A stretch of 64,000 nt of DNA from Eledone cirrhosa (taxonomy: Eukaryota), in the NCBI GenBank assembly GCA_964016885.1, contig OZ024740.1, positions 242,854,001-242,918,000 on the forward strand, in the 5' to 3' direction. The notes below the pieces were generated by a model, which did not search any database, had not been told where the DNA came from, and was given only the letters and a program-made list of their open reading frames with translations. This document shows positions 25,412 through 36,512 of this stretch, piece after piece. The position numbers were made by a program, and so were the translations under genes. Each line of letters opens with the position of its first letter. Within the stretch, counting starts at the first letter, position 1.

Positions 25412-25967
25412 GCTTAGATCATAACAAATATTCTTACATAAAATTATCATGGAATATTTGTAGATGAATATATACACTTTAAAATAAATAGTTTTGATGA
25501 TAGAACCAGGGACAGTTTCAGGTAGTTTGGTATCAAAAAGATTAATAAAGAGAAGAAAAAGTTGCATCGTGCCTATATATAAAAGGTAAGTGTAATAAAA
25601 GTATAAGGTTTTAAACTAAGTTGATGATTAATTAAGCATCAATCTGAATGAAAAAAATAACTTCCAAAACAAATTCTAAATAACAGATTTGTAATAAATC
25701 AAAACAAATTGCCATGTTAAATGTATATGGTCTTGTGGTTTTAGTGGAAATAGATACATTACCATATTTCATTAGCAACAGCTATACAACCTTTTAATGG
25801 TCTGCAAACAATTAGGCATCAAATTAGACACAAATTATAAAGATTATCTAAGTAGTTTTATTGATGTTAATATTTGGTGTGTTTGGGTGTATGTAAGTAT
25901 ATATGCATGTAAGTATGTATGTATGTATGTATGTATGTATGTATGTATTTTTTTTGTATTTTTTTTT

Positions 25968-26274
25968 GCGCGGGGACATAAAAATAATCGGGCTGGATAT
26001 CCGATCGTGCAGTTAAACCACTGGGAGTGAAGAACCCCTAGCCCTTTTCAGGGCATTCTTCTAAGAGAAGGCATCTCAGGAAACTGGGTTAACTCCGACA
26101 TAAAACCTGCGGCTCAGTAGTTACCGATGATGTTGATCTTTTCTTCTTTTCAGGTTATAGCTACTGTCGCTCAGAGAGTGGGATTGGCTCAGTGCACAGT
26201 CTTTCCTCACTTTAAAAATATTCGTCACGCACAGGCATTGCACGAGTGCATTAATAATTATTAATAGTGTACTA

Positions 26275-26305
<31 letters not shown>

Positions 26306-26310
26306 TATTA

Positions 26311-26341
<31 letters not shown>

Positions 26342-29300
26342 CCAATTCAATGATGTTCCAGAACAATATAAAAGAGATAATTGGCAATTTAGGTTCTGGA
26401 ACAAAAAAGATCATTGGCAATAAGGGCAGGGGCCCCAGGTTATCACAGCCTGGGCCCGCTCGTCATCATGCCATTGTAATAGAGCCAAACAAGGCATTTA
26501 GTCTTGGCTGCTGGAACGTACGGATGCTTCTTGACAGGGATTCCTTGGAGCGTCGTGAACGAAGGACCGCTCTTGTTGCAAAGGAGCTTCGACGTTACGA
26601 TCTTGACATCGTGGCTTTATCTGAGACGAGGTTAGCTGGAGATGGTCATCTTACGGAATTTTGTGGAGAATATACATTCTTCTGGAAAGGAAGAGATGAA
26701 GGAACCAGAAGAGAGGCTGGGGTAGGATTTGCTGTTAAGACTGTACTTGTGAACAAATTAGAAGAATTCCCAGTAGGGATTAGTGAGCGTCTTATGTCCA
26801 TGAGATTTCCGCTGGACAAGGGAAGATATGCTACCCTGGTGAGTGTGTATGCTCCAACTATGAGTTCTGTCGATGAGGAAAAGGTGTCCTTTTACCATGC
26901 CTTGAAAGGTGTTTTAAGAAATATCCCTCAGGCAGACAAAGTCATCGTGCTTGGTGACTTTAATGCTAGAGTGGGTAGGGATTTTAACACATGGAATGTA
27001 ATCGGAAGGCATGGGGTGGGAAAGTGTAACAGCAATGGTATGCTCCTGCTGCAGATGTGTGAGGAGCTGGATCTGTGTGTTACCAACACCATGTTCCAAC
27101 AAAAGAACAAATTCAAGACCACATGGATGCATCCTGCATCTAAGGAATGGCATCTTTTGGACTACGTCCTAGTCAGGATGCGTGACAGACAGGATGTGCA
27201 GTGTGTTCGTGTTCTTCATCGAGCTGAGTGCTGGACGGACCACCGCCTGGTACGCGCAAAAGTGAAACTAATCACTAAACGTAAAATCCAGGCTCCTGGT
27301 GTTGCCCTGCCCAAAAGATTGAATGCTGCTCGTCTTAAGGATAAAAATGTGAAGAGGACATTGGAAGAAGAGATGCAGGCTGCAGATCTTGGTGAGGATT
27401 GGCCAACCCTTAAAAAGTCGGTTTATGATGTAGGCAGGCGTGTTCTGGGATTGGCGCAGAGGAAACATCAGGACTGGTTTAATGAGAATGATGTACATAT
27501 AGAAGACTTGTTGGCTGATAAGAAGCGTGCTCTGTCATGCTACTTGACGGCAAAACCACAGGAGAGGAATACGTTGCATGAGGAACTCAGGGATGTAAAA
27601 TCACGTGTTAGGCGGAGTCTTTCTCAGATGAAGGATCAGATGAAGGTGGAGTGAGAAGGCTGGTGAGAAACAAACTGCGTCTGATTCCAATAACACAAAG
27701 CTGTTGTACAGTCTCTTGCGTGAGGTTTATGGACCGTCTTCTTCTCTGGTGACACCGCTTCGCAGCAGGGATGGCAAAGAACTTCTTCGTGACTCACAAG
27801 GAATTCTACGAAGGTGGCGAGAGCACTTTGATGATCTTTTGAATCAGCCGTCTGTCGTCAGTGAAGATTTCCTCAATCTCATTCCAGAAAGTCCTGTGAA
27901 AGTAGCTCTCGCAGAACCTCCGACGCTTGTGGAGGTTGCAGTGGCTATTTCGAAGCTGAACAGTGGAAGATCTCCAGGTATGGATGGCATACATGCTGAG
28001 CTCCTACAATATGGTGGTGAGAGACTCCTGCAACATCTGCACTTTTTGTTTGGAAGGATATGGGCTAATGAATCCGTACCTGAGGACTGGAGAGATGCAG
28101 TAATGGTGGTCTTGTACAAGGGAAAGGGTAACAGGAATGATTGTGGGAACTACAGAGGTATATCATTGCTTTCTGTCGTAGGGAAAGTTTTATGTAGGGT
28201 GCTTCTGGACCGTCTGCTGACACACATTGCAGATTGTGTTCTTCCTGAAAGTCAATCTGGTTTTCGTGCTGGACGCGGCACTACTGATATGATCTTCTCA
28301 GCTAGACAGCTCCAGGAGAAGTGCATTGAACAAGGCTTGGATCTGTATCAGGTTTTTGTCGATCTGACAAAGGCTTTCGATACTGTCAACAGAGATGCAT
28401 TATGGAAGGTTCTCCAGAAACTTGGTTGTCCTGATAAGTTCCTTGCTTATAAGTTAGGTCTTTCCATGACGACATGAAGGCTTGGGTTAATGTCGGAGGT
28501 AACATGTCGGAGCCTATCTCAGTAAAAAATGTAGTGAAACAGGGGGATATTCCAGCACCGACCCTGTTTGCCATATACTTTGCAATGCTTTTCTGTATTG
28601 CATTCAGGAATTGCGAGCATGGTGTTTACATCCGATATCGAACCTCAGGCAGCATATTTAACATCAGGCGCTTTGCTGCGAAGACAATGGTATTTACATC
28701 AATCATAAGAGACCTCTTGTATGCAGATGATTGCGATCTTGTAGCGCACACAGAGAGTGATATGCAGCACATTTTGAATGCATTTTCTGACGCTTGCACT
28801 GCCCTGGGTTTGACTGTCAGTCTCAAGAAAACCGTCGTCATGTACCAACCTGCCCCTAGTAAGCAGTACATTGAACCAAACATCTATGTGTATGGCAAAC
28901 GACTTGGAGTGGTTGATCAGTTTGTCTACCTGGGAAGCACTGTCAATCGATACGGCAACCTTGACGGTGAAATCTCACTTAGGATTAGGAAAGCAAGTGA
29001 TGCTTTCAGAAAGCTAGAAAGGCGACTCTGGGGTCGGCGAGACATATGTAGGAGGACAAAGGTAAAGGTGTACAGGGCATGTGTACTCTCTTGTCTTCTT
29101 TATGCCTGCGAGACCTGGGTCACATATCGACACCACCTTAAGCAATTGGAGCGTTTCCATCAGATGTGTCTCAGACGGATCCATGGCGTTCACTGGAGGG
29201 ACCACATCAGTGATGTCGAGATTTTGGAAAGCTCTATGTGTGACAGTATAGAAGCTCTTGTGCTTAAGCAACGACTCCGTTGAAGTGGTCACCTTGCCAG

Positions 29301-30015
29301 GATGAAGGATTCTAGAATACCAAAACAACTCTTCTATGGAGAGTTGGTTAAAGGAAAACGACCGCCACATAAACCAAAAAAGAGGTATAAGGATTCCTTG
29401 AAAGCCTCTCTGAAAGACGCTAACATCTCTGCTGATACATGGGAAAATATTGCTGCTGGTCGTAATAAATGGAGAAAAACTGTATATGAGGGAAAAGTTT
29501 CCTTTGAGGCATCTCGAATCGCACACGAGAAAGTAAAGCGGGATGTGAGGAAGGGCATTGCTGTTGCACTTCAGACGGCGAGGGTCCTCCTATGGTGCTG
29601 ACATGCAGCGTCTGTGCGAGACTCTGCCTAAGCAAAGCTGGACTCGAAAGTCATCTTCGCAGTCATAAAGTAAGACCAGTGGTTGACTACCAGGCTGCTG
29701 TTGGAGATACTACTCATCATGCTTGCCAAACATGTGGTAGAGAATGTAAATCAGCAGGAGGGCTCAAGCGACATGCAAAAGTACACGAACTCCAACCACA
29801 GCCAACTATTCCCAGTGAATGTTTTGGTTGCCGACTCTGTGCAAGACATTTTAGATCATTGGCTGGGCTAAAAAGCCACATTTGATCGCAGCACTGTTAG
29901 TTGCTATCGTGTGTGTGTGTGTGTGTGTAGATATGCTTATGTGCGTGCGTGTGTGTGTATATATATATATGAATATGTATATTATTATTGTTGTTGTCGT
30001 TATTATTATTATTGC

Positions 30016-30049
<34 letters not shown>

Positions 30050-30117
30050 GTTATTAATGTATGTGTGTGTGTATATGTGTATGTGTGTGTATGTATGTGT
30101 GTATGTATGTGTGTATG

Positions 30118-30162
<45 letters not shown>

Positions 30163-30302
30163 TTTATTATTATTATTTTATTTTATTTTATTTATTTTAT
30201 TTTTTTTTAAATTTATTTATTTATTTATTTATTTATTTATTATTATTTTTTTTTTCTTCTCGTGCAATGGCCATACTCGATTACGAGGGGGCAGCCATCA
30301 TC
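25968..30302 (+). mobile_element. Near full-length RTE-BovB-like LINE with three C-terminal C2H2 fingers
   Basis: 26350-27654 APE (GCWNV, ALSETR, VYAPT, LGDFNARVG, LLDYV, WTDH); 27704-29283 RT (QSGFR, FVDLTKAFD, LYADD, YLGS); C-terminus to 29885; terminal tail 30262-30302 after a compound microsatellite; only a handful of disabling lesions. Confidence 0.95.
29909..30257. repeat. Compound microsatellite (GT, TA, ATT, TATG, TTTA, polyT)
   Basis: Directly visible. Confidence 0.95.
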
Positions 30303-30355
30303 ATGTATGTATGTATGATATGATATGATATGTATGTATGTATGATATGATATGA

Positions 30356-30878
30356 TAGGTCAGGTTGCTCTTCAGCGCTATTGTAACATGTAACTCAGTA
30401 CAACCTGTTCATTGTTAGGTCGTTGGCAACTAAACCACCAACCCCAACAAGCAAGCTTGGTGAGGAGGGGGATTTTGGACAACCTGTGGGATGGAAAACA
30501 AAACCCATCAAAGGGCAGAGGAACTCAGGAGAGTCAACAGCCATCACATAAAGTTTTTTTGTTTTTTTTGTGAAGCAAGACTCTCCTAGTCTTCATTAAG
30601 ACATCTCGCTAGGAGAACGTCACTCTGATATAAAACCTGCAACTATGTAGACCAGTTCTTTTTTGGCAAATGCAGAGAGTGGGAATGATCCTGTTCAAAG
30701 CCTTTCCTTACTTAAAATAGCTTAAAGCACAGGCATCGCTTGATATGTTACATTTTTTTGCAATGCATGGTATTATTGGCCATATGCAAGTCTCTAGCAG
30801 AACTCAAAAGGCACATCTATGATACTCATGCTTAAATATCAAGCGATGGCATTAGTCGAAATCGAGTTGCAGCCATCA
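30356..30878 (+). mobile_element. Non-autonomous RTE derivative (5' UTR plus 3' terminus), copy 1
   Basis: Shares actc(t/c)ga(t/c)ataaaacctgc and gcacaggcat(c/t)gc with the LINE 5' UTR (26090-26240); ends tcgaaatcgagttgcagccatc-(ATGT)n like the LINE tail. Confidence 0.75.
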
Positions 30879-30937
30879 TGTATGTATGTATGTTAGTATA
30901 TATGTATGTATGTATATATGTATGTATGTATGTTATG

Positions 30938-31545
30938 TCAGGTCACCAGTTGGTGCTACTGGTAACATGTATCCTAGTACAACCTGTCCCATGGTCAGGT
31001 CGTTGGCGACTAAACTGGCAACCCCACCAAGGTTTCTTGGTGAGGAGGGTGACTTTGGACATCCTGCAGGACTAAAAACAAAACCTGTCAAAGGGCAAAG
31101 GAGCTCTTAAGAGTCAATGGCCATCCAAAATCACTGGGAGAGATGACCCCTTAGCCTTTGTCAAGGCAGAATTCTAGGAGAAGGAAAACTCTGATATAAC
31201 ACCTGCAACCCTGATGGTATCCAATGATGTTGACTTGTTCTTCTTTTTGGTAAATATCATCTTGGTTAAGAGAGTGGGACTGGCTTTGTGCAGTGCCTTT
31301 GCTCACTATAAAAGCTTCACGGCACAGGCATTGCTTTATATCTGGAGATCTCTCTGCACTTGTCGTCACATGGTACCATGGGCCCAGCACTATGTGTCAA
31401 TAATTGTCACAAGTGTAGTGTTTTTACTAGAGTTTTCAAGTCGCTGGCTGGACTAAAAAGTCACACTAGTTCAGCTCATCGGTAGGGGTTCTCCTACATG
31501 GATATAAAGTAGTGGCCGTACTCGAAAACGAGTTGGCAGCCACCA
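30938..31545 (+). mobile_element. Non-autonomous RTE derivative, copy 2
   Basis: Homologous to 30356-30878 and 26090-26240; ends ctcgaaaacgagttggcagccacc-(ATGT)n. Confidence 0.78.
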
Positions 31546-31869
31546 TGTATGTATGCCTACATACATTTATGTATATATGTATGTATGCCTACATACATTT
31601 ATGTATATATGTATGTATGCCTACATACAGTTAATGGTGGCAGCAGTCATGTCCTTTTGTTTGTTCGCTCTGCCTCTCTGATGTGCAAAACCCCTGGCAT
31701 ATGTGGTGTCATGGTCCAAGTGGACAGAATTCACAAGGCATTATGTCAGATGATAACAAAAGAGATGAGAAATGTGTTGAAATGGCCATTCTTGTGGGTA
31801 GCTAACAGTGAGTAGGGAGGATGGTTCAGGGACTCAAGATGCCAGAAGTTTCTTCCATTATATGTTTAA

Positions 31870-32380
31870 TGATAATTGGTAAATGGTCAATATTTTAACA
31901 GCTTACAATCTTCAGATTGTTGAGCAACAAAATCTGGGTCTGTCACCAAATTTATAAGTTTGCTGCTGGAGAAAGAGTCACTGCATGTCATATTCCAGAT
32001 TGCCACTGCAGAATGGGAAGATTGTGATGTCCTCTGATTTTTTGTTACCCCCTCTGCTGTGATGGTAAACCAACAGAATCCAAGCCATACTTATCTTGAG
32101 AATGGCATGCTCTGGAGGGCAACTGGCACTGTGACAGCATGACAGCAGATGTAGACCAAAAGCATCTACCATGGAACCACAATGGCATTTGTGTTGCAAA
32201 CAGATCTGGAAAAACACCAATAAGGAAACAGAGACATTTGCCTCCTGCTAGATACCAGTTGATCACGATAGTGTTAGGCACCACTATGGAGAAGGCAGGC
32301 ATAGCAGAAATATGCCAGATGGTGTTGGTCAAGCAGGTGAGCAAGGCTTTTTAAAGTGTTGGTGCATTGGATTGCATTGA
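31870..32380 (-). mobile_element. CRE-like non-LTR retrotransposon remnant (zinc motif plus restriction-like endonuclease)
   Basis: CHCGSMVDAFGLHLLSC...H followed by GNKKSEDITIFPF..G...YD, a decayed match to the KRPDG...PW..G...WD RLE motif. Confidence 0.6.
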
Positions 32381-33648
32381 GGAAATTTAAAAATGAAGGT
32401 TCCTAGTTCAAATATAGTGTGGGGAAATTCAGTAATGATAAACCTGATGATGATAATGATGATGATAAAAAATCAAGCCACTTAAAACTGTGTATAAATA
32501 TTGATGACCATGATTATGATGATGATTATAAAGAGACATTTAAAGAGGAGATGTATAACAGAGAAAGCATGATCATCTTAAAGCTTATTTTAACCTCAAA
32601 CAGAGAATTGATATCCAACTATACAGCAAGGGATTTAGGATAAAGGATAAAGGATGAGATCACCTAATGAGCCTCTGTTTGGTCGTTCAATCCGCTACTA
32701 ATAGCTGTCATATCTTTCCTAAATCATATCATACTATTTTTAAAAAACGGAAGGGTACATTAAATAATGTAGTTTTAGGTACACAATGTTTGAAAAATGG
32801 GAAGGAATCATTATGACAAGATTGTCTTTCATCATAAATCTGCTTCTTCATAGTTGATCTGAGGCTAAATTACCACAACCTGAGTTGGAAACTTGCAAGA
32901 CAATCTAGAAAAGCAAACAAAAAAGAATAATTGAATTTAGAAAAAGGAAGAACTGGAGAACAATTGTATTCATATTAGAAATGTATAGATCTATAAACGT
33001 CTCTACTGCCTCATGATCATTTTACCCTTACTATTTATCAAGGCAAACCACCATTTATTTTCTTGAATTCTACTGCTTTTCTCTAAATTTTAATGATTGA
33101 TGTGATAAAATCAGCTTATATCTCAGCAGAGTGAATGAAATCTACTTCAAAATTGGATTATAAACTGAAAACTCATGTTGTTAAATCCTTATTATATTTC
33201 CCATGATAATTCAACTCAATCTCTATCTCTGATAAGTGAAATGTAATCAGAACAGATAATATATATCTTGGCAATATCAAGCTGAGATGTCATATAAACA
33301 TTCTACTGAATATATAACTTGAATATCAGCCAAGTATTAACCATTGGTAATCAAAGAAAACATATTTTTGCTTTTCATCAAAGAACTTCATATATGCCAA
33401 TTGATCAAATGAAGCAGGAATATTTTGGTAAATATAGTTAACTTACTTTCTCAAAGATGTAAAACGAACTCTTGTAACAGAATATGATCTTATAATTTGA
33501 ATAGAAACACAGAAAGTTGTCTTCTTTTTCATCTATCCCTCTTCAAAAATTGGAGTACTAGCCTTTCTCCTTTGTTCCACTCGCTGGCAGTGACGACTCA
33601 CACTTGTCTTAGAGAAGTTTATAAAGCCTTTGAGCCTGTAACCATTAA

Positions 33649-33873
33649 CCCTTTAGCATTTACATTACTCTATATATATATACTATTATATTTTCATGGT
33701 AAAGGCTTTACCTCACATAATTATCTCACATAATACTGAATCTATGAGATTTGGGTATTATTTATTTTGAGAACAATACCTTAACATCAGTATGAGCAGT
33801 TGGTTACAGCCAGTTTGAACAGAAAGAGGTGAGAGAATTCTGGCTGGATACGGCTGGTTTAAGTGCTAAAGGG
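33649..33873. mobile_element. piggyBac-type MITE
   Basis: TIRs ccctttagcattta / taagtgctaaaggg (13/14); TTAA on both sides. Confidence 0.85.
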
Positions 33874-33959
33874 TTAATGTTTTCATGAGTCTGTGCCTGA
33901 GATGTTCTGAGGTGTATAACTGGTAGATGAATCAACCAATGCTGCTTTATAATACACAT

Positions 33960-34855
33960 GTGCCTCCTCCTCTCCAATAGCTCTCTTTAGCAGCTATCAT
34001 AGCCATTACTGTACACCCACCCCATCCATTCCCCTTAGTAGTTATTCTCACATCACTACAGCCCTCTAAAGTTCTGACACACCAGTAATAGCACCCAAGG
34101 AGCTACTATCCCCAAAGTACTCTCAAGCAATTAGAATTCCCACTTCAACCCACTCATCACTCTGTCAAATCCCACCATATCCGTCATACACCCATGACAT
34201 CCTACACCATGCTACAGAGTAGAGAAGGCTCTACATTTGAGTTAATCTGACAATCTCTTGATGCAGTGCCATGAAAAATACACACAATACACCTTGTAAG
34301 ATGGTTGGTGATAAGAATGTCAACCCACTGTAGAAAGCATGCCAAAAAGGTTGAAGAGGACTCTTCAGATGTATTAATGACACAATAACCTCACTAGAGT
34401 TTGTGATCTTCATGATAAATGCACCCAGTACACACTGCAAAAAGGTTGGTGAAAAGAAGGGCATCCAATTGTAGAAAGCTTGCCAAAGAAAGGGTAAGAA
34501 GGATTCTTCATTTGTGTTGATGATCTATGTGATAAATATACCTAGTACACACTGTAAAATATTTGATGATAGGAAGGGTATCCACACATAGAAAACTTGC
34601 CAAACAAAGAATTAGGAGGACCTTTTAGCTGTGTCATAGACATGACAACCTGCCTTGTGCTAGAGCTAAAATAAAATGTGCTTGGTAAAGCATGGGAATG
34701 TATGTAAGAGAGATGCAGTCTCTCCTCACACTCCACTTCTGTCTCATCTGAGAGGTTAGTAGATCTGCATTGATCTGTGAAGACCCATCCAACCCTTGCT
34801 AGCAGTGAAGATGGATATTAAATGTAATGATAATGATGATACCGATGACGATGAT
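33960..34855 (+). mobile_element. RTE 3' UTR remnant with about 3 tandem ~130-bp modules and tail
   Basis: Repeated acac(a/c)(c/t)tgtaa...ggtgata(a/g)gaagggcatcca...tagaaagcttgccaaa module; similar to 47900-48722 and 55500-56030. Confidence 0.65.
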
Positions 34856-36365
34856 ATAATGTGTTTGTTCATTTGTTCATGCCTATATTACAGGAGGGAG
34901 AAAAGCATACTATAGCGTGGAACAAAAGACCTGGACTTACCTTTGTAGAATCAATGCTACTCAGCACAACTGAAAAAGATGCTACTGTCTAATGGTGCCC
35001 AAATTGTTGTGATCTCCAGTCAACAGCTGATGAAGATTATGTCCCATACTACAGGCTATATTTAAACAATAATAATTTGACAGACATGTTGATGTTAGTA
35101 TAAATGATTCAAGCAAGAAAACTGATAAACCAATTTATTTATCATAGACGAGAATAATAATAGAGAATTGATTGGATAGTGTTAGCTAGCTATACCTATG
35201 TAAAGTCTAAGTAACAGTTTGTAGGTGTTTTCTTTTGCTTGTAGATAGTTTGAGATGTGCAATTTTCTTTTAAGGGTCAGCTGAGACATGCAGCTAGTTC
35301 CTTCTGACATATATTAAGAGCTAGCTTGAGCAGATGAAATAGTAAAGTTTATATTCACCTGTAATGATGGTAAAGTTTAAAGTAATTGCTCATATTTTTT
35401 AATTCTCTCCCTCACATATAAGAGATTGTAATTGGGAGATGTTAATAATTGAGAAAAAGTTGCTTCTCTTTTTATGCAGTGTTTGATGGGTCCTCCTATT
35501 TGCCACACTTCAGTCACAGGAATATTAGAGTATACTCCTTGGTACATTTAAAACATCGTTTGTGCATATATTTTCCCTGTTAGATTTTTATAATACAACG
35601 GATATTAATAACAAGTAATCTGAGATTGCCTTTACTACAGTTTCATAATTAAATTTAAAAAATCTCAAATTCAAATTTTCCTATAATATGAATGATATTG
35701 TAAGTTTCCAGTTGGTCAAAACTAGTATAGCATATACATATATAAGTTATAGATATTTTACTAAACTCTTCCAAATTCTTCATTATCCTGAAAATTAATA
35801 GAAACATATAAACAGTCATCTTAGAAATATAATCATGAAAAGGTTTTAAACTTCAATAATCCTTAGTGTGGACAATTTATATTGATAAGCTTGCCCTGGT
35901 AACCTGTACAAATCAATTGCAGACAAACACTGCTGAACAAACCCAAATTTGAAAAAAAAATATTAGATGAGAGAAAGAAATAGAGACGGAGGAAAGAGAG
36001 ACAGAGACAGTGTATGTGTCTATTCAACGGGAGAAGAATCATTATAAAGACAAACTTTATCAGAATAGCTTTATTGTAGAAAACTAAACAAGTAATTTAT
36101 GCTGTGAGTCAAGGATATCACTTGACATCTCTAGCTCTTAACAGCAGGACTAAATAAATTCAATAAATGAAGGTTGATAGGAAAACACTAAAGTATCTCT
36201 GTTAAACAGAGGAGAGATGACATGATGTTTAATTGAATAAAGTTGTTCTGAAAGGACAATGACATTTGGAATTATAAACTTATGTATTAAGATTCCAAAA
36301 CGTATCATATATAAAGATGAATTGCTCTCATAGACATAAACTGTGAGATTTTTAGAAAAGAAACA

Positions 36366-36512
36366 CAGGCATGGCTGTGTTGTTAAGAATTTCCCTTTAA
36401 AACCACATGGTTTTGGGTTCAGTCCCACTGTGTGGTACCTTGAGCGAGTGTCTTCTACTATAGCCCCAGGCTGATGAATGTCTCATGGGTAAATTTTGTA
36501 GATGGAAACAGT
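36366..36512 (+). mobile_element. tRNA-derived SINE, third family
   Basis: ggcatggctgtgttgttaaga...gggttcagtccc...ccttgagcgagtgtcttctactatagc; related decayed copies at about 13025-13145 (+) and 20455-20610 (-). Confidence 0.65.

Larger units (their letters stand above)
22618..25541. mobile_element. piggyBac-type MITE split by the hAT insertion
   Basis: TTAA at 22614 and 25542; the two halves (22618-22741, 25412-25541) match the reverse complement of the intact MITE at 56222-56453. Confidence 0.7.

Noticed and set aside
29882-30328. Hydrophobic ORFs resembling membrane proteins
   Set aside because: Translations of microsatellites
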